Below are positions 24,991 through 38,329 of a stretch of DNA of 64,000 nucleotides, piece after piece. Both the position numbers and the translations under genes were made by a program. The DNA is taken from assembly GCA_951406725.2 (NCBI GenBank), contig OX597815.1, forward strand, positions 101,618,001 through 101,682,000. The letters are read 5' to 3'. The notes beneath the pieces are model-generated. The model searched no databases and had not been told where the DNA came from. It saw only the letters and a program-made list of their open reading frames with translations. This DNA comes from Octopus vulgaris. Its lineage: Eukaryota. How positions within the stretch are numbered: position 1 is the first letter of the stretch; each line of letters starts with the position of its first letter.

Positions 24991-26147
24991 GATTAAAAAT
25001 AACTTATTCTCAGTGCAAGTTTTGAAGAGTGCAGTTCGATTTTATCAGTTATTTTTTCAAAGTGACAAAGGAGTATATTCGGCATATTTTGCTTTATGAG
25101 TTCAATAAAGGCAACAACGCAACGGAAAGTGCGATGAATATTATTGCAGTATATGGGGATCACACAATAAGCATAACCCAGTGTCAACGGTGGTTTCAGA
25201 AATTCCGAGCCTGAAACTACAGCCTAGATGACTAGCCTCGTCCTGGAATATCTGTTGAGCTCGACGAGAACGTCTTGCAAATCCTGGTGGAACAAGATCC
25301 CGTTGTAACTGTTGAGGAACTTACAGAGAAGCTTAGATTAGGTCATTCAACCATTCATCGACACCTGCGTGCCATCGGAAAAGTTAGCAAATTGGGTCAA
25401 TGGGTTCCTCTCAAACTTTCCGTGTCTAATCGTATGCAGAGACTGAACGTGTGCTTTTCTTTATTGTCACGTCTCGCGAATGAACCTTTTTTTTATGCCG
25501 AATAGTCACTGGTGACGAGAAATGGGTTCTGTATAAAAATGTCAAGCGCCGAAGACAGTGAGTATGACACCCCAAGCCAAAGAAGGTCTTCACCCACGTA
25601 AGGTGTTGTGATCTGTTTGGTGGGATATGAAAAGTTTAGTCCATTTTGAACTTTTAAACTCAAACCAAACGTTAATTTAGGAGTTCTACTGCAAGCAGCT
25701 TGAGCAGCTTAAATCAGCGCTAGAAGGAAGACGACCATCTTTGGTTTCAAGACGAAAGGGGTTCTTCCATCCGGATAATGCTCGGCCACATACAGTGATG
25801 ATGACATTCCAAAGGCTGGAGTACTTTGAATGGGAAACGATGCCCAACCCACCATATTCGCCGGACATTGCCCCATTTAATTATCATTTACTTCGCAGTC
25901 TGCTAAATCATTTGGACGGAAAAAATACGAATTCTGTAGACGTGATCAGAACAGTACTGGAAGAGTATTTTTCGTCACAGACTATTTGAATTTTGGAAGA
26001 GGGGCCTTGCAAGTCTATCAGATAGATGGAAGATAATTGTAGAGAATGAGGAAGAGTATATTTTAGATTAAAAGGGAATTTGTTTATCATAATTTTGAAA
26101 AATAAAAGGAGCATAAAAAACCGCATTATTTATGGTATGATCCAATA
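24991..26147 (+). mobile_element. Inactive mariner transposon (Hsmar1/cecropia-like transposase pseudogene); right TIR-like end present, left end missing
   Basis: IRHILLYEFNKG...QRWFQKFR HTH, WVPLKL (WVPHEL motif), IVTGDEKW, HPDNARPH and PPYSPDIAP. Several stops and frameshifts. Ends aaaaaaccgcattatttatggtatgatccaa-TA. Confidence 0.95.
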
Positions 26148-26218
26148 TAAAGTGGATTCACTAGAATATTTTTTACGCTCCGATATACAAGAGTCTGTCT
26201 TCAGAATATATTTCCATT

Positions 26219-26610
26219 AAAGCAGCAAGCTGGAAGAAACGTTAGCACGCCGGGCGAAATGCTTAGCGGTATTTCGTCTGTGTTCAAATTCCGACGAGGT
26301 CGACTTTGCCTTTCATCCTTTCGGGGTCAATTAAATAAGTACCAGTTACGCACTGGGGTCGATATAATCGACTTAATCTGTTTGTCTGTCCTTGTTTGTC
26401 CTCTCTGTGTTTGGCCCCTTGTAGGTAGTAAAGAAGTAGGTATTTCGTCTGTGTTTGCGTTCTGAGTTCAAATTCCGCCGAGGCCGACTTTGCTTTTCAT
26501 CCTTTCAGGGTCGATAAATTAAGTACCAGTTGCGTACTGAGGTCGATCTAATTGACTGCTCCCCACCCTCGCCAAATTTCGGGCTTTGTGCGTAGAGTAG
26601 AAAAGAATAT
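26219..26610 (+). mobile_element. Dimeric family A SINE
   Basis: Full unit with gccccttg...gtaaagaa tail, followed directly by a 5'-truncated second unit starting gtatttcgtctgtg. Confidence 0.88.
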
Positions 26611-26649
26611 ATTTTCATTTCTGGTGCGGATGCCACAATAATTTATCAT

Positions 26650-27200
26650 GACCTTAAAGACAAACGAGGTAACTGCAATCCGCTAGAAATGGTGACCAAA
26701 TAGCGTTCACATCACAAATCAAGATCGTTAAAAGAGACAGGCCTGATAAAGTGTTCGGAATTTTGAACATGTAATACGGTATAGTCACAGCTAGAAAGTG
26801 ATTGCTCATTGATTTTCTCGACCAAGTAACCCGACTCCATTTTATATTTCGAGGAGGGCAATCTGCAGTCCTCGGGACTTTCTGAATGGCACGCCTAACG
26901 AAAAATACCTTCAAATTTCTTGGAGTGTTGCACCAACTCTTCTTTACTCTAGTGCAATCATGGGAAATCTGCGGCCCACAAATCTTTCTGAATGGCACGC
27001 CTAACGAATGTTCTGAGAGTGTGGCTTGCCAGGTGAAGAGACATGCTTCATGTAACCCGCTTCTCAAAAAATTCTGTCCTTACCTCCTCTATTACATGCA
27101 TTCAGAAAACATTTGGCACCACTCCAGTTCACATTTTACTCGAAATATTGATCACATTATAAAGATTAGAAACAAATGTATCAGACGCACTAGTTAAGGT
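26650..27200 (-). mobile_element. Possible Tc1/IS630-like transposase relic
   Basis: SDTFVSNLYNVIN (cf. FSDEAxFxLxGxVN) and WSPFLADCSYL (cf. WPPxSPDLxP) occur in the expected order on the minus strand. Confidence 0.35.
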
Positions 27201-27314
27201 GTACTTTTCCATACAAAGATCGAGTGCTGTTCCTCCTCTGAGAAATTTACATTTGCATTCAAAAGAAAAAAAAAACACCAACGTGTAACAGAAAAAAAAG
27301 AAAGAATTGTTCAC

Positions 27315-27359
27315 AATTAAAAACTAAAAAGATAGAATAAATGCTTTAAAAGGTTTATT
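27315..27359 (-). terminator. Candidate polyadenylation site on the minus strand
   Basis: AATAAA (forward tttatt at 27354-27359) with an AU-rich upstream region and a U-rich downstream element (tctatctttttagttttt). Confidence 0.35.
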
Positions 27360-27671
27360 GTACATATTTATACATTTTCAAATTAAATAATATATTTTTT
27401 TTTTTACAATCCTCACGTATATAAAGTTTACATATACAATTATATATTTGAACAAAAATGTAATATGAGTGTGTATATATACATACATACATAATATATA
27501 TATATACATTCAAGTGTATTATACACACATTAACCCATATATATATATATTATATATATAAGTGTTTGTGCTTGTTGTTATCCAGAGAATACATACATAC
27601 CAACAAAGCAAATTATATCAAGGTTGTGTGGCTTGTATGCTGGTTGGAATGATTATTTATATACATACATG

Positions 27672-27730
<59 letters not shown>

Positions 27731-28562
27731 TAGATAGAATAGATATATCGGAAATAAGTTACCTCTAAATTTTACAGGATCCTGCTTGTATGGGATTGCT
27801 CTTTTATATTTGAATTAAAGTAAATTAGTAAATTTTAACAAAATGTAAACCAGGTTTACAGCACCATACAGTTTACCGTTGTTTACTTGTTTAACAGGAA
27901 ATAGTGATTTCTCACATTGGAACAACAAGGCCACAGAATTTCAAGAGAGAGGAATGGAGACGAGAAGATCGGGGTATTATAATCGATGAGTGGGGATTTC
28001 AACATTTTCTCGACCCTGGTAAAATGAAAACTCAAAGATTGATCCCAAATTCATAACATCAAAATTATGATAATGTCAGATATGGAGGTAGTTATTAAAA
28101 TTAAGATTTAGGTTTGGCATAATACGAACAAAGACACTGAAACAGTTTGTAAAATTGTACGATCGTTGTTGCTGCTATTATTATATATAATTGAAATATG
28201 CACAAAATAGGCTTAAAATTTCCTTAGTAAAATTTTTGCGTAGATTCATTTTAAAAAATAGCAAATGGGTAAAATTTTTGGCACAAATGAAAAACTACAT
28301 ATATAATATATATATGGAGGATATCGTTCTCATGTGTGCATATATTTATTATTAGTTAATCAAAAATGTAGGGCAATGCCCAAAACCTTTGCTTATCATC
28401 CAGATTTGAAAAGGATCAAAATTCTTGGTGGTCAGTTTTAAAATCTGTAAACATTAGCGCCATATACGTATGCGCTAATATCGCGATATGTCTGTGTCTG
28501 TATTATACATATATAATATATATATGAAGTATATATTTATGTACATATATACATGTATGCAA

Positions 28563-28609
<47 letters not shown>

Positions 28610-29016
28610 AGAGAGAGAGAGAGAGAGAGAAAAGAGAGAGAGAGAGAGAACGAGAAAGAGTTGTAACTGCTTGTCAAGTGATATGATGTAAAATCATGTG
28701 ATTCAATAGACATTACTATATAAGAGTCATTTCAGTGAATGGCCAACACAAAATCTATTATAATCACTTTTCGCTTATTTCTGAAGAGTACAGTTTATGA
28801 TGAAGTGTCGAGAAGTTTTGTGTCATGCAATCAGGGCTTCTAACAGATCTGCGATAGAATTGTCAGTGAAAAGCTCGCTGTAGTGGGAAGAAACTTTTTG
28901 GCAATTTATGATAGACAGTACTATTAAGAAATAAACGAAAATGGAATATAATATTCTTGTGTGTTCTTAAATGATTTACTATGCTTCTTCCATGTATGCG
29001 AGTGTGTACATGTGTA

Positions 29017-29064
<48 letters not shown>

Positions 29065-29260
29065 GGCGTATGGTCTTAACGTACATACATGCATATGACA
29101 CACATACGATTATATACGGTGTTTGCCATGCACCTGTTTCAGTATAAGTCTAAGTCCAGTGGTAACAGATGTCATTACCTTTAAAACTAAATCCTTTCAA
29201 CGGCTGTCTCGTGCCTGGCTGATAGATACCAACCGTATGCTCAGAACATTCTACGTCTCG

Positions 29261-29299
<39 letters not shown>

Positions 29300-29879
29300 G
29301 CTTTACTGCATTTAAACTACCTGACATTTAACGAATTTTTTCTTTGTTTTTTTACTTTTTAACAAAATATTTTCCTTTAGTTATTGCTGATTTTAGATAT
29401 TCCTATTTATACTTTCTCCTATTTATACTGTTTATATTGTTTGATTTATCATTGATATTTTGATAATGAATATGAACAAGGACATAGTAAACACCCCAAA
29501 ACGTTAGCTTTAATATTTTGCTTTCCTTAATACTGAAAACCTGTCGAGATCACTAGTTGTCTATATTGCTTTTCATTTCGTCACGTTAAGCAAATACCAG
29601 TAAAATAATGGTAATGAAAGGGAATGGAAATCATGCAAAAAGACAAAAAAATATTAGAGTCTAACGCAATCGACAACATGTATTATTACAAAAATAACAG
29701 CCTTGTTTATTACAAGGAGAAACTCATATTAATTTCTCTCAAGCCGCGTGACATGATCCGCAGAGCTAAATACACATCATTAGTGAGCCGTCTCAACCAG
29801 ATGGTCCTCAATTTCAGTTGAAGTCGATTTACTTTGCTTAAAGCGTTAAAGTTCTTGGAAAAGACATTTCCCTTGGCTA

Positions 29880-30130
29880 TAAGTATAAACCATTGTGTCT
29901 TAGAATTTGTTTTCTGTTTTATTACTAGATAAACACCAGCGATATCCTTCGCCTATTCTAATCGACACACTCCTTTCCCTATGGAATTTAACTGGCTTCA
30001 TTTTCTTCAATCATTTATTTATTTGTTTCCTTATTGTTATTATTCATCTCGCCATTTTTCTAATTCTATTTTTGTATTTGATCCTTGTACTCTCTCTAAC
30101 GTATTGGGCCCTTGTGGCCAATAACAGGAA
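29880..30130 (+). mobile_element. LINE-like 3' UTR fragment
   Basis: T-rich tract ending tgggcccttgtggcca (30105-30120), identical to 36755-36770. Confidence 0.5.
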
Positions 30131-31859
30131 TTATCAACTCTTTTTGTAATGTCAACCATCTGTCTGCCTCTTGGCAATAAAATAAATCCTTATATTTTTC
30201 AAAAATTCATGTAATTTCTCCTACTTGTTTTAATGCTCACTTTCGATGTAAAAGCCATATTCTTCCAGTGCATTATCGAGTACTGTATCTGTTGCACTTG
30301 TGGCAAATAAAGTAGTCGTAGCAGTGGTGGCGGTGATAGTGGTAGTAGTAGTAGTATCTCTTTATATTCTAAATTAAATTTTCCTGTAATTCTCATCACA
30401 TGTCGAGCAGAAGCTGGCAAGAATTGTGGAATTCAAGCAGGAAGTCCGCTTGCCATGCTGGAAGTGCGTGTGAACGATGTAGAGTAAGAGAAAGCAAGAT
30501 TGGAAAGTTATATGGCTGAGCACAGCTATCTTTGACAAGAGCCAGCCGCCGTAAGCTAAGGAGGTTAATCGAAATCTAAAGAACTGCTAAAACTTTTCAT
30601 ATTTCCCTCATTTTTCTTATATTACTCTTTCTTCTGCACGCACACTCCTTCCATCTGTCTATACTATGAGTCAATCCTACAACACACACGCATGCCATTA
30701 CATACATACACACACACACACACATATATCCCACCCACTACGATTTGAATTTGTTGTGTGTACAATGCTAGATTTTTGTTATTTACTTTATGTAACTATT
30801 ATGTGTTTGCGTATGTAATGAATGTGTGTATGTGTGATTGCGTGATTATTCCTTTCTGATTATGAAATATATCTCGGCAATTTCCCAAGTGTTAACTTGA
30901 AATATATCTTTATGTTTCATAATAATCTGGTTAGTTATCATAGGCAGATAAAATAGACTCTACATTGATCTCTATATATTTCTACAGGTAACGAATGATG
31001 AATGAGCGCCCATGTGGGGAAGATAATTGTTGATTGGCTGTCTGACTGAATACCTAGTGACCATTTACTGATTCCAGTACTACCTCAAACCTAGAAGAGA
31101 TGAAGGAAATAGGATCATATGAAAGAAGGGCATTGGCGACGTAATTGATCTAAAATTGCTTCAATGGGGAACTAGTTCGGTGGGAGTAGCGTTAGTATAT
31201 TAATCATCAGGTGATTTCATATGATTATTTCCATATTGGTACTCACTTTATTGATTAGGGGGCAACACGATCTGGCAATATTAGAACTAAAGAAAAAAGT
31301 TTCGCTATCGTTGCTTTTACCAACTTCAACTATTTACCAACGATGACTAATCTTCGTAATATGAAATGTCGGTTTGTTTTGACTCGATACAAGAATAATA
31401 TTTACATGAAAAGGAAGAGAGTTCAACTAATCTATTCTAGATAATTACTGGTAATTATTTCACGGACTGTTAAGAATGAAAGTCCTTTCTTCGACTATAT
31501 TGCTGCTATTACATACACCAGGTTTCACTGAACCACGATGAAGTTTTCTTTTATATTACAATAACAATCTATTATGCAAAATTTCAGTATGAAATATCAT
31601 TTTAAACAGTGAGGCAAATCTATTTATATTAAAAAGGAAATAAGGAATAAAACCCAAAATGCATTTGTAAAGTAATTAAAGAATCGGTGGGATTAGTTAT
31701 GTGATGATGTAGAAATAACAAGCTAGAACCCTTTGCACCCCAATTAATTCCTTGAATGGTGTGGTGGGACAATAAGGAACTTAAAATCAAATTACAGTGG
31801 CAAGAAATACACATTACAAAAACGGAATGATAGTATTATTATTATCGTCATCATCATCA

Positions 31860-32330
31860 GCATGTTTTCAATAGTTTTATACGAGTTTCTAAAGCACCAT
31901 CGTTTGCACCTCCGTGTTCCTGTGGTGTGTTCAGCATTTGTTTCTTACGGATATAGAATGGAGTTTGAAAGCTAAATCAGTTTTCCTTTGTTGTGGGGAT
32001 TGTTTCGTTGTTTCTGGTATCATGTCAGCGTTTTCTCTGTTGTGTAAGATATGTGCAGTGTGAATTGTTCAGAATTGCTTGGTGGCTATTGCGCTTCGTA
32101 TGTGTTGTGGGAGTTATGTTGTGTGTGTAGCATATGCATTGTGTGGGTTATGCTTTGCGACTGGATAGAAAATTCTGTACAATGTGATTGTGTAATTTGT
32201 TGGTGTCGAGTGAGATGTGTGTTACAGTGACGGGTGTCAGTTATGTAAGCATACGTATTAAGTTGTATTATGGGATGGGAACTGTGTAAAGTATTTATGT
32301 ACTGTACTTGATGTGTTATAACAATGAGTG

Positions 32331-32391
<61 letters not shown>
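31860..32391 (-). mobile_element. Possible degenerate R4-like LINE 3' end between (CAT)n and (ATT)n
   Basis: Minus strand encodes TAHIL (cf. the terminal LGTAHILR motif) and the block abuts trinucleotide microsatellites. Confidence 0.3.
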
Positions 32392-32392
<1 letters not shown>

Positions 32393-33387
32393 TGAGTAAC
32401 TTGTAAGTGGATATAAGCTTTGGAAAATAGTAGAAATAGATCTCTTCTAAGTGGTGTTACACAAGCCAATGTGACAACAAAACTATTACAATATGAACAA
32501 TTATTCATTAACTATTTTTATGAAATCTCGTTGAAAGATACAGCAATCTCCTAGTATATGAGGCATCAAGCTAGATGCAGTAATACACCAATACACGGCA
32601 TATTCTAAAAAGTAGGCCAACTTAGTATTTAACATAGCAATAAAAGCCTTAGTGTTTGAAAACGAAATGAGAGAAATTTGTGACGTTTGCAGCTTTACTA
32701 ATTTATGTTAGTGAAGTAAGCAGAGCAGTTCCAAGAAATCAAACATTTGGGTTACATATTCAATTCACCATGGACATATTATACCACCACATCATTTGTA
32801 ATCTTTTTCTTTTTTTTTACATAAGCATACACTGTAGAAGTATGGGGTTGGGTGGAAGTGGATGATATTCATGTCATTTAGAAACATATAATGAAGTGGT
32901 CCCAACTAGAATCGAAACCGGATGGTGGGATTGTTTCATTGTGACCTTACCATCGTGTATCGTTGTCCATAGCACTTTTAATAACAAACAAAAAAGTAAA
33001 AGTGCTGAAAAGTTCGAGTGGAGTGATTCTCAATGTACAGAATCCACATCTCCGTTTCAATTCTCACAAGTGGCAGTTGCAGTTCGTCTGAGTCCTTTAT
33101 GTTGTTGGGGACAGAAATATTATTTCCCGTCCCTTAAAAAAATTATGAGACCTTCTGTCTATGTAAGGACTCGGTGTTAATAAATAGAAACAGGTAAGAA
33201 AGTTACAAAAAAGGGCCCCTTCGTTCTCCTCAAAACAACATCGGAGGTAACTTATTTTATTGAATATTCTTTGATCAATCAATCAGGCTGTGTGATTTGT
33301 TCTTTTGTGTAATATTTGGTTAGAAGTGAACCAGGCAGTTGAATTTGGTTGATTAGATATTAAAATGTCTTGCATTTCCTTTCATAC

Positions 33388-33636
33388 TTTCTCTTTCAGC
33401 CTTTCATTCTTCTCCTCTTTTCTTCATCAGATATCTCCCAACTGAATCTATTACTGCTTCTGAGAGGAAGAGACCTGCTGAAGAAGATATGTCGGATATA
33501 TTTCGCTTCCAGCGGCAAGTTGCAAGGGAAAAAATAAAGAATTCAGCGGAATGTCACCAGAAAAATGGCGGAAATTTTCGAAAACCATATATGGATATGT
33601 TCGTTGTTTATGTCTGCGATTTGTTGTCTTCCTTAT
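33388..33636 (-). other. Candidate exon of a minus-strand spliced transcript
   Basis: Acceptor ctgtttctctatttcctttcag| and donor aaa|gtatga; an alternative stronger donor atg|gtaagg follows 32951. Confidence 0.35.
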
Positions 33637-34003
33637 CTGAAAGGAAATAGAGAAACAGTTTCTTTATATTGTTTTAGATGGAATTTACAAAAAAACAAAA
33701 GCAAACATCACTCTCCTCTTACTTTCTTCCCTATGTTATATAGCTCCAATTCAAAGATTCGTGTCGCATATCTACTTTTTCTTGTTTCTCTCTTTTTCTG
33801 TTGCATTTCAAATTAGAAATACTAGCGCAAATGCACATTTATATACATTTTATAGGAACTGATGCCCCGTAGAAAGGCTGGTTTCTAAATTGCAAGTCTG
33901 ATATGTAGTTACCCTGGATGGTTTCCAAATGCAACCAAAATTTTTTTCAGGTTGCAGTGTTAAATCACACACTCCAGTTAGAATTAGCACTGCAACAACA
34001 ATA

Positions 34004-34043
<40 letters not shown>

Positions 34044-34470
34044 CATGCAACTAGGTAACACTTTAATAATTTCCAGCAAGATAATCTCTTGCTTTGATTT
34101 CTTTTCTTTCTACCTTCGTCTCTCGTGTTTGCTGTTTCTCTATGTTCTACTTTACCAGTGCACCCCTCACTATACTTCATATATATGTGTGTGCGATTAT
34201 GTGCAAGCTAATGCAAATCACACATGACACGTACTCACACATACATATGTATTTGTGTCTGAATGTATGTATGAGCGTATAATATGGTATCATATAATCT
34301 TCATTTGTGGTTTGCATTAATCTAAACATTCATGGCAGTGTCTCAACATGACTACATCTAAATAACTAGTACCAGTAAGGCAGAATAGAAAGTATAGCGT
34401 TTTTGCCTATTTACTGTCTAATATTTGTGTATTTCTGTTATCCTTATGATTTATATAGAAAACAACGTAC

Positions 34471-34663
34471 CATTACTGAAATTATAGGTATTTTGATCGT
34501 CTCCGCTGGATCTGAGAGAAACTTGGAATTTTCCTTTTCTTCTCGAGACTGTGAAAGTTAAAGGTGGCTTTCTGTTGACATTGCTGTGTTGATGCATTGA
34601 ACGACATCATTTGACAAACGACCTCTTTCACATTTTCCTCTGTCACAGCTTCCACACCGGCAG
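34471..34663 (-). other. Candidate 193-nt exon of a minus-strand spliced transcript
   Basis: Acceptor atttttttggtttctctttag|, donor atg|gtacgt, and non-repetitive GC-elevated content. Confidence 0.45.
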
Positions 34664-35799
34664 CTAAAGAGAAACCAAAAAAATCATCAAGTTAGTCACA
34701 CACTTCATAGTATAATGATTATATCAACAAATCAAACATGATAATTTAATGAAAGACAGTTGTCGATGGTTAGGTAACTTTTCTTGTTGAATGACCTCGT
34801 CAAAAGAGAAGAAACCATTCTATGCGCCTTTTGGGGTCCTTGAAGAATGCTAAGAGGAAAAGTGGAAGTTATTCTGGAATCAGATACCTGGTTCCAATGC
34901 ATACAATAGGGTGAACTCTGCTAAAGGCCCCCAAATAACAGGTGGTGGTGTTTAACTGCAACAACCAAGGATACGTGCTACCATTCTAACCGTCCGCAAT
35001 GGTGATCATCAAATATTTGAAGAAACCATTTTTGACCACTCAGTAAGCAAGAAATAGTAACCAAATCTCCCTCCGCTCACAGCATCCTATTCATAAAAAA
35101 AGTCACATTTACTATGATCTTAGCCGCATTACGTCTGCAATATAGACGGGATAGTCACATCTGGAATACTTTGATTCAGTGCCCATTGGGGGTAAACAAC
35201 AACAGTAAGACCCCACCAAAATATACCACTGAATATTACCGTCTCCACTAACCGTCACAAGCAGTGTTTAGCCCAAGGCTGGCCATAATCCAGCAAACTT
35301 ATGATCAGCCGTGACCATCCTGACCTATTCTGCAGGTTTGGGATGATCAAAGAGGCTTGTGAGTGAAACTGAGTAAATGGAAATGCGTGGAAGCATTGAC
35401 CATTCCTTTTCTTTGATGATAGAATATACCTCCTAACTTTGAAAACCGACTAACAACAAATTATCAGAAAGAAAACGACAATGAAAACACACTTGTAAAC
35501 ACCAACATTCACATTTGATTAGGGCAAGTGTAACTGACAGCCTACGACGACGACGACGACCACCACCACCACCACCACCACTATCATTGCTTTGTCATCA
35601 TTTACTGGCATTGTAAGCCAAAAGGAAATACCAGGCAACGTTTAATTCGTGACAAAGAAACGTGAATGAGCTGTCACATACAAAAAGAAAGTGTCTTCTT
35701 GACCGAGAAATTTATGCACAAAACAGAAATTGCAGAACTGGTTTAGTACACACCTGTCAATAGTCTGATGCAGCAGCAGTACATGGAGCAAGGAAATAC

Positions 35800-36790
35800 G
35801 GTAGTAACAAGATAGTAGTAGTTACAACGATCCTTTTTTATCGTCATTTTCGAGATAATTGATGGTATTCAATGGGTGGGATTTGATTGGACAGGATGGG
35901 GAAAAGGCTTGAATCTGAGTGACTATCAAGCAACAGTGGTATAGAATAGTGCATGGTAGTAAAGGGGATATAAATGTCTTCTTTTTGGAAAGAGAAAGAA
36001 AAAAGACAGCTGAGTATAGCCAGAGCGGGAGCAAAATGAATTTCTTCATCCTTAATAGTACCATTACCAAGAGCCAACGACAACCGAGAAGCTGAGGAGT
36101 CTTCTTCTCCAACACAGGAAGGATAAAAGCTATGAGTAGAAGTACCATCCAACTGTCGAGAAACGATGGGGGAGGAGATCGAGATTAGAGCAGTGGAAGA
36201 AACTGTTTAGGCATTAAGATCAGAAAGAGGTGCTAAAAACTGAGTGATCCTAAACGAAAGACTAGAAAGTTATTGGAAGTCTCTTAAAAAAAAAATCAGT
36301 CTCCACGGAGTTCCTGAACTTTATAGTACTTCAAAAGGCAATACTAGATTGATTGGTTTAATAGTGACCCTAATAGAGGGCGAATGAAATATTATACTGA
36401 TTTTCAAATAAATGGGGGCGAGTACCACAACATTCTAACAAAAAGATGAGAAATCACAGCTCAGAGAATGTAGAAGTGGGAGCCTTCCAACTCAACTAAA
36501 GCCGAAAATGGTCGGTACTGAAGTTGATCAAACATGTGGGTTACCCCGAGAGTACCCAGGTGGCATTTTCTCACATCTGTGTGGGGATGATGTTCATTTT
36601 TTTTTTTGTTATTGTTGCTTTGTGTCCCAAATTTTTAACCTGCTTTAATATATTGCATTGTTTTTGTTTTCCACTGTCTGTTCATTATAAATATACACAA
36701 ATCCCACCTCGGTTTGTAACCTCTTTTAATATGACACGATTTATATTACATATATGGGCCCTTGTGGCCATTAAAAAGAGGAAAATAATT
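35800..36790 (+). mobile_element. Decayed L1/Tx1-related element: purine-rich ORF1-like remnant plus 3' UTR
   Basis: Degenerate knuckle-like segment near 35.97 kb; motif gggttaccccgagagtaccc (~36538) resembles gggtacccttcagagacaccc (~57938) in the RT-bearing element; ends tgggcccttgtggccattaaaaag. Confidence 0.45.
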
Positions 36791-37333
36791 ATGATAATCA
36801 TTATTGCTATTGTCGTTACTAGCATTATTTTTTTTACATTGTTGTTAAGGTCGTTTGTAGTTAGGTATATAGTTCAATGTATAGGTATGTTTCCATGAAT
36901 CTGTGTAAGCAATCAGCTACAAATAAAAATATACAAACAAATCTGCCGACAATCTGCTGCTTATTTCCCACGCCCTGGGGACACGGTATGAGGGTGGTGT
37001 TGGTGTGGTGACGGGGTTGCTGGGTGGAGGTGTCGTATACATTTTGAGTCCAATCTGTTGCTCTCACAGCTTTACCACCTGTCACTATTGAGCTGGCATT
37101 GAAACACATATGGCAGCTTGTAAAAACGACTTTGCTGTTTTGCAACCAGCCATCATACTATTAGAGCTTTATGTTTTCTCTCTCTCTCTAAACACTACCG
37201 CCCTCTTTTCTTTTCTTTTCATTATAATCCTCATGCACCAACACACACACACATTCATGAACCACATACGCATACAATTATTCTAAGCTTCATGTACACA
37301 ACTATATCTCTAACTTTCTAACCACCAACCTAC

Positions 37334-37448
37334 CTCTTTCTCCGTCTTTCGCACAAATATAAAATCACACTTAAGCGCCTCTTCCCACAGAACACACTTC
37401 CCTTCTCACTTCGTGTTATTCTTAGCCTCTGTTGTGTTCTATCCCTTC

Positions 37449-37450
<2 letters not shown>
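37334..37450 (-). other. Candidate first (5') exon next to a (GA)n tract
   Basis: Donor gag|gtaggt after a purine-rich non-repetitive segment; the 5' boundary is unknown. Confidence 0.3.
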
Positions 37451-37488
<38 letters not shown>

Positions 37489-37714
37489 TGTACAGATGCA
37501 CAGACACACACGCACTAATCACCGAATGCCCTTCCCTTTCTCTTCAATTTACTAAGCCAAACATAAACGTAATTTAAAGTCGATGTATGCAAACCAACAG
37601 CAACCATATGGTAAAATAACGGTGTAAAAAGAATGTAAATGCTGGTTAGAAGTGGTGGGGAGCTACGTAAAACAGATTAAACAGAGAAGTGGTTAAAGGG
37701 TTTCGATCTGCTTG

Positions 37715-38310
37715 TTTACAAATTTTATTTAAAATTCCGAGTTCAAATTTCGTATAATTGAACTCTGCCTTTTATGAGTCCGGAATCGATAAAATAAAGT
37801 ATCAGTCAAGAGCTAGGGTAGCACCAGAATCGTCATCACGCCGGGCGAAATGCTAAGCGATATTTCGTCTGCTGCTACGTTCTGAGTTCAAATTCTGCCG
37901 AGGTCGATTTTGCCTTTCATCCTTTCGGAGTCGATGAAATGAGTACCAGTTACGCACTGGGGTTGATGTAATCCACTAGCTCCTTCCCCCAAAATTTTCA
38001 AAGCCTTGTGCCAAGAGTAGAAATAATAATTACTTATTATCATCATCATCATTAAGGCGGCGAGCTGGCAGAATCGTAAGCACTCTAGGCAAAAGGCTTA
38101 GCGGAATTTCGTCCGTCTGCATGTTCTGAGTTCAAATTCCGCCGAGGTCTACTTTGCATTGCATCCTTTCAGGGTCAATAAATTAAGTAACAGTTGGGAA
38201 CTGGGATCGATGCAAATGACTTACCCCCTCCCCGAAATTGCTGGTCTTGTGCTAAAATTTGAAATCATCATTATTATGGAGAGCTGGAAGTAGTTAGAGC
38301 TTCTGGAAAA
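37715..38310 (+). mobile_element. Cluster of three or more same-strand family A SINE copies
   Basis: Cores at ~37735-37810, ~37820-38025 and ~38055-38268, with another head fragment at ~38278. Confidence 0.88.
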
Positions 38311-38329
38311 AAATTCAGGACACACATAT

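Noticed and set aside
25029-25989. Functional or domesticated transposase (SETMAR-like)
   Set aside because: Several in-frame stops and frameshifts, no true start codon, no left TIR and no SET domain.
26878-27008. CRISPR-like repeat-spacer unit
   Set aside because: Two repeats only, an 81-bp spacer, eukaryotic context and no cas genes.
33432-33650. Plus-strand open frame YLPTESITASERKRPAEEDMSDIF... after a pyrimidine tract
   Set aside because: No recognisable homology, start or linked exon; the overlapping minus-strand exon model has stronger splice signals.
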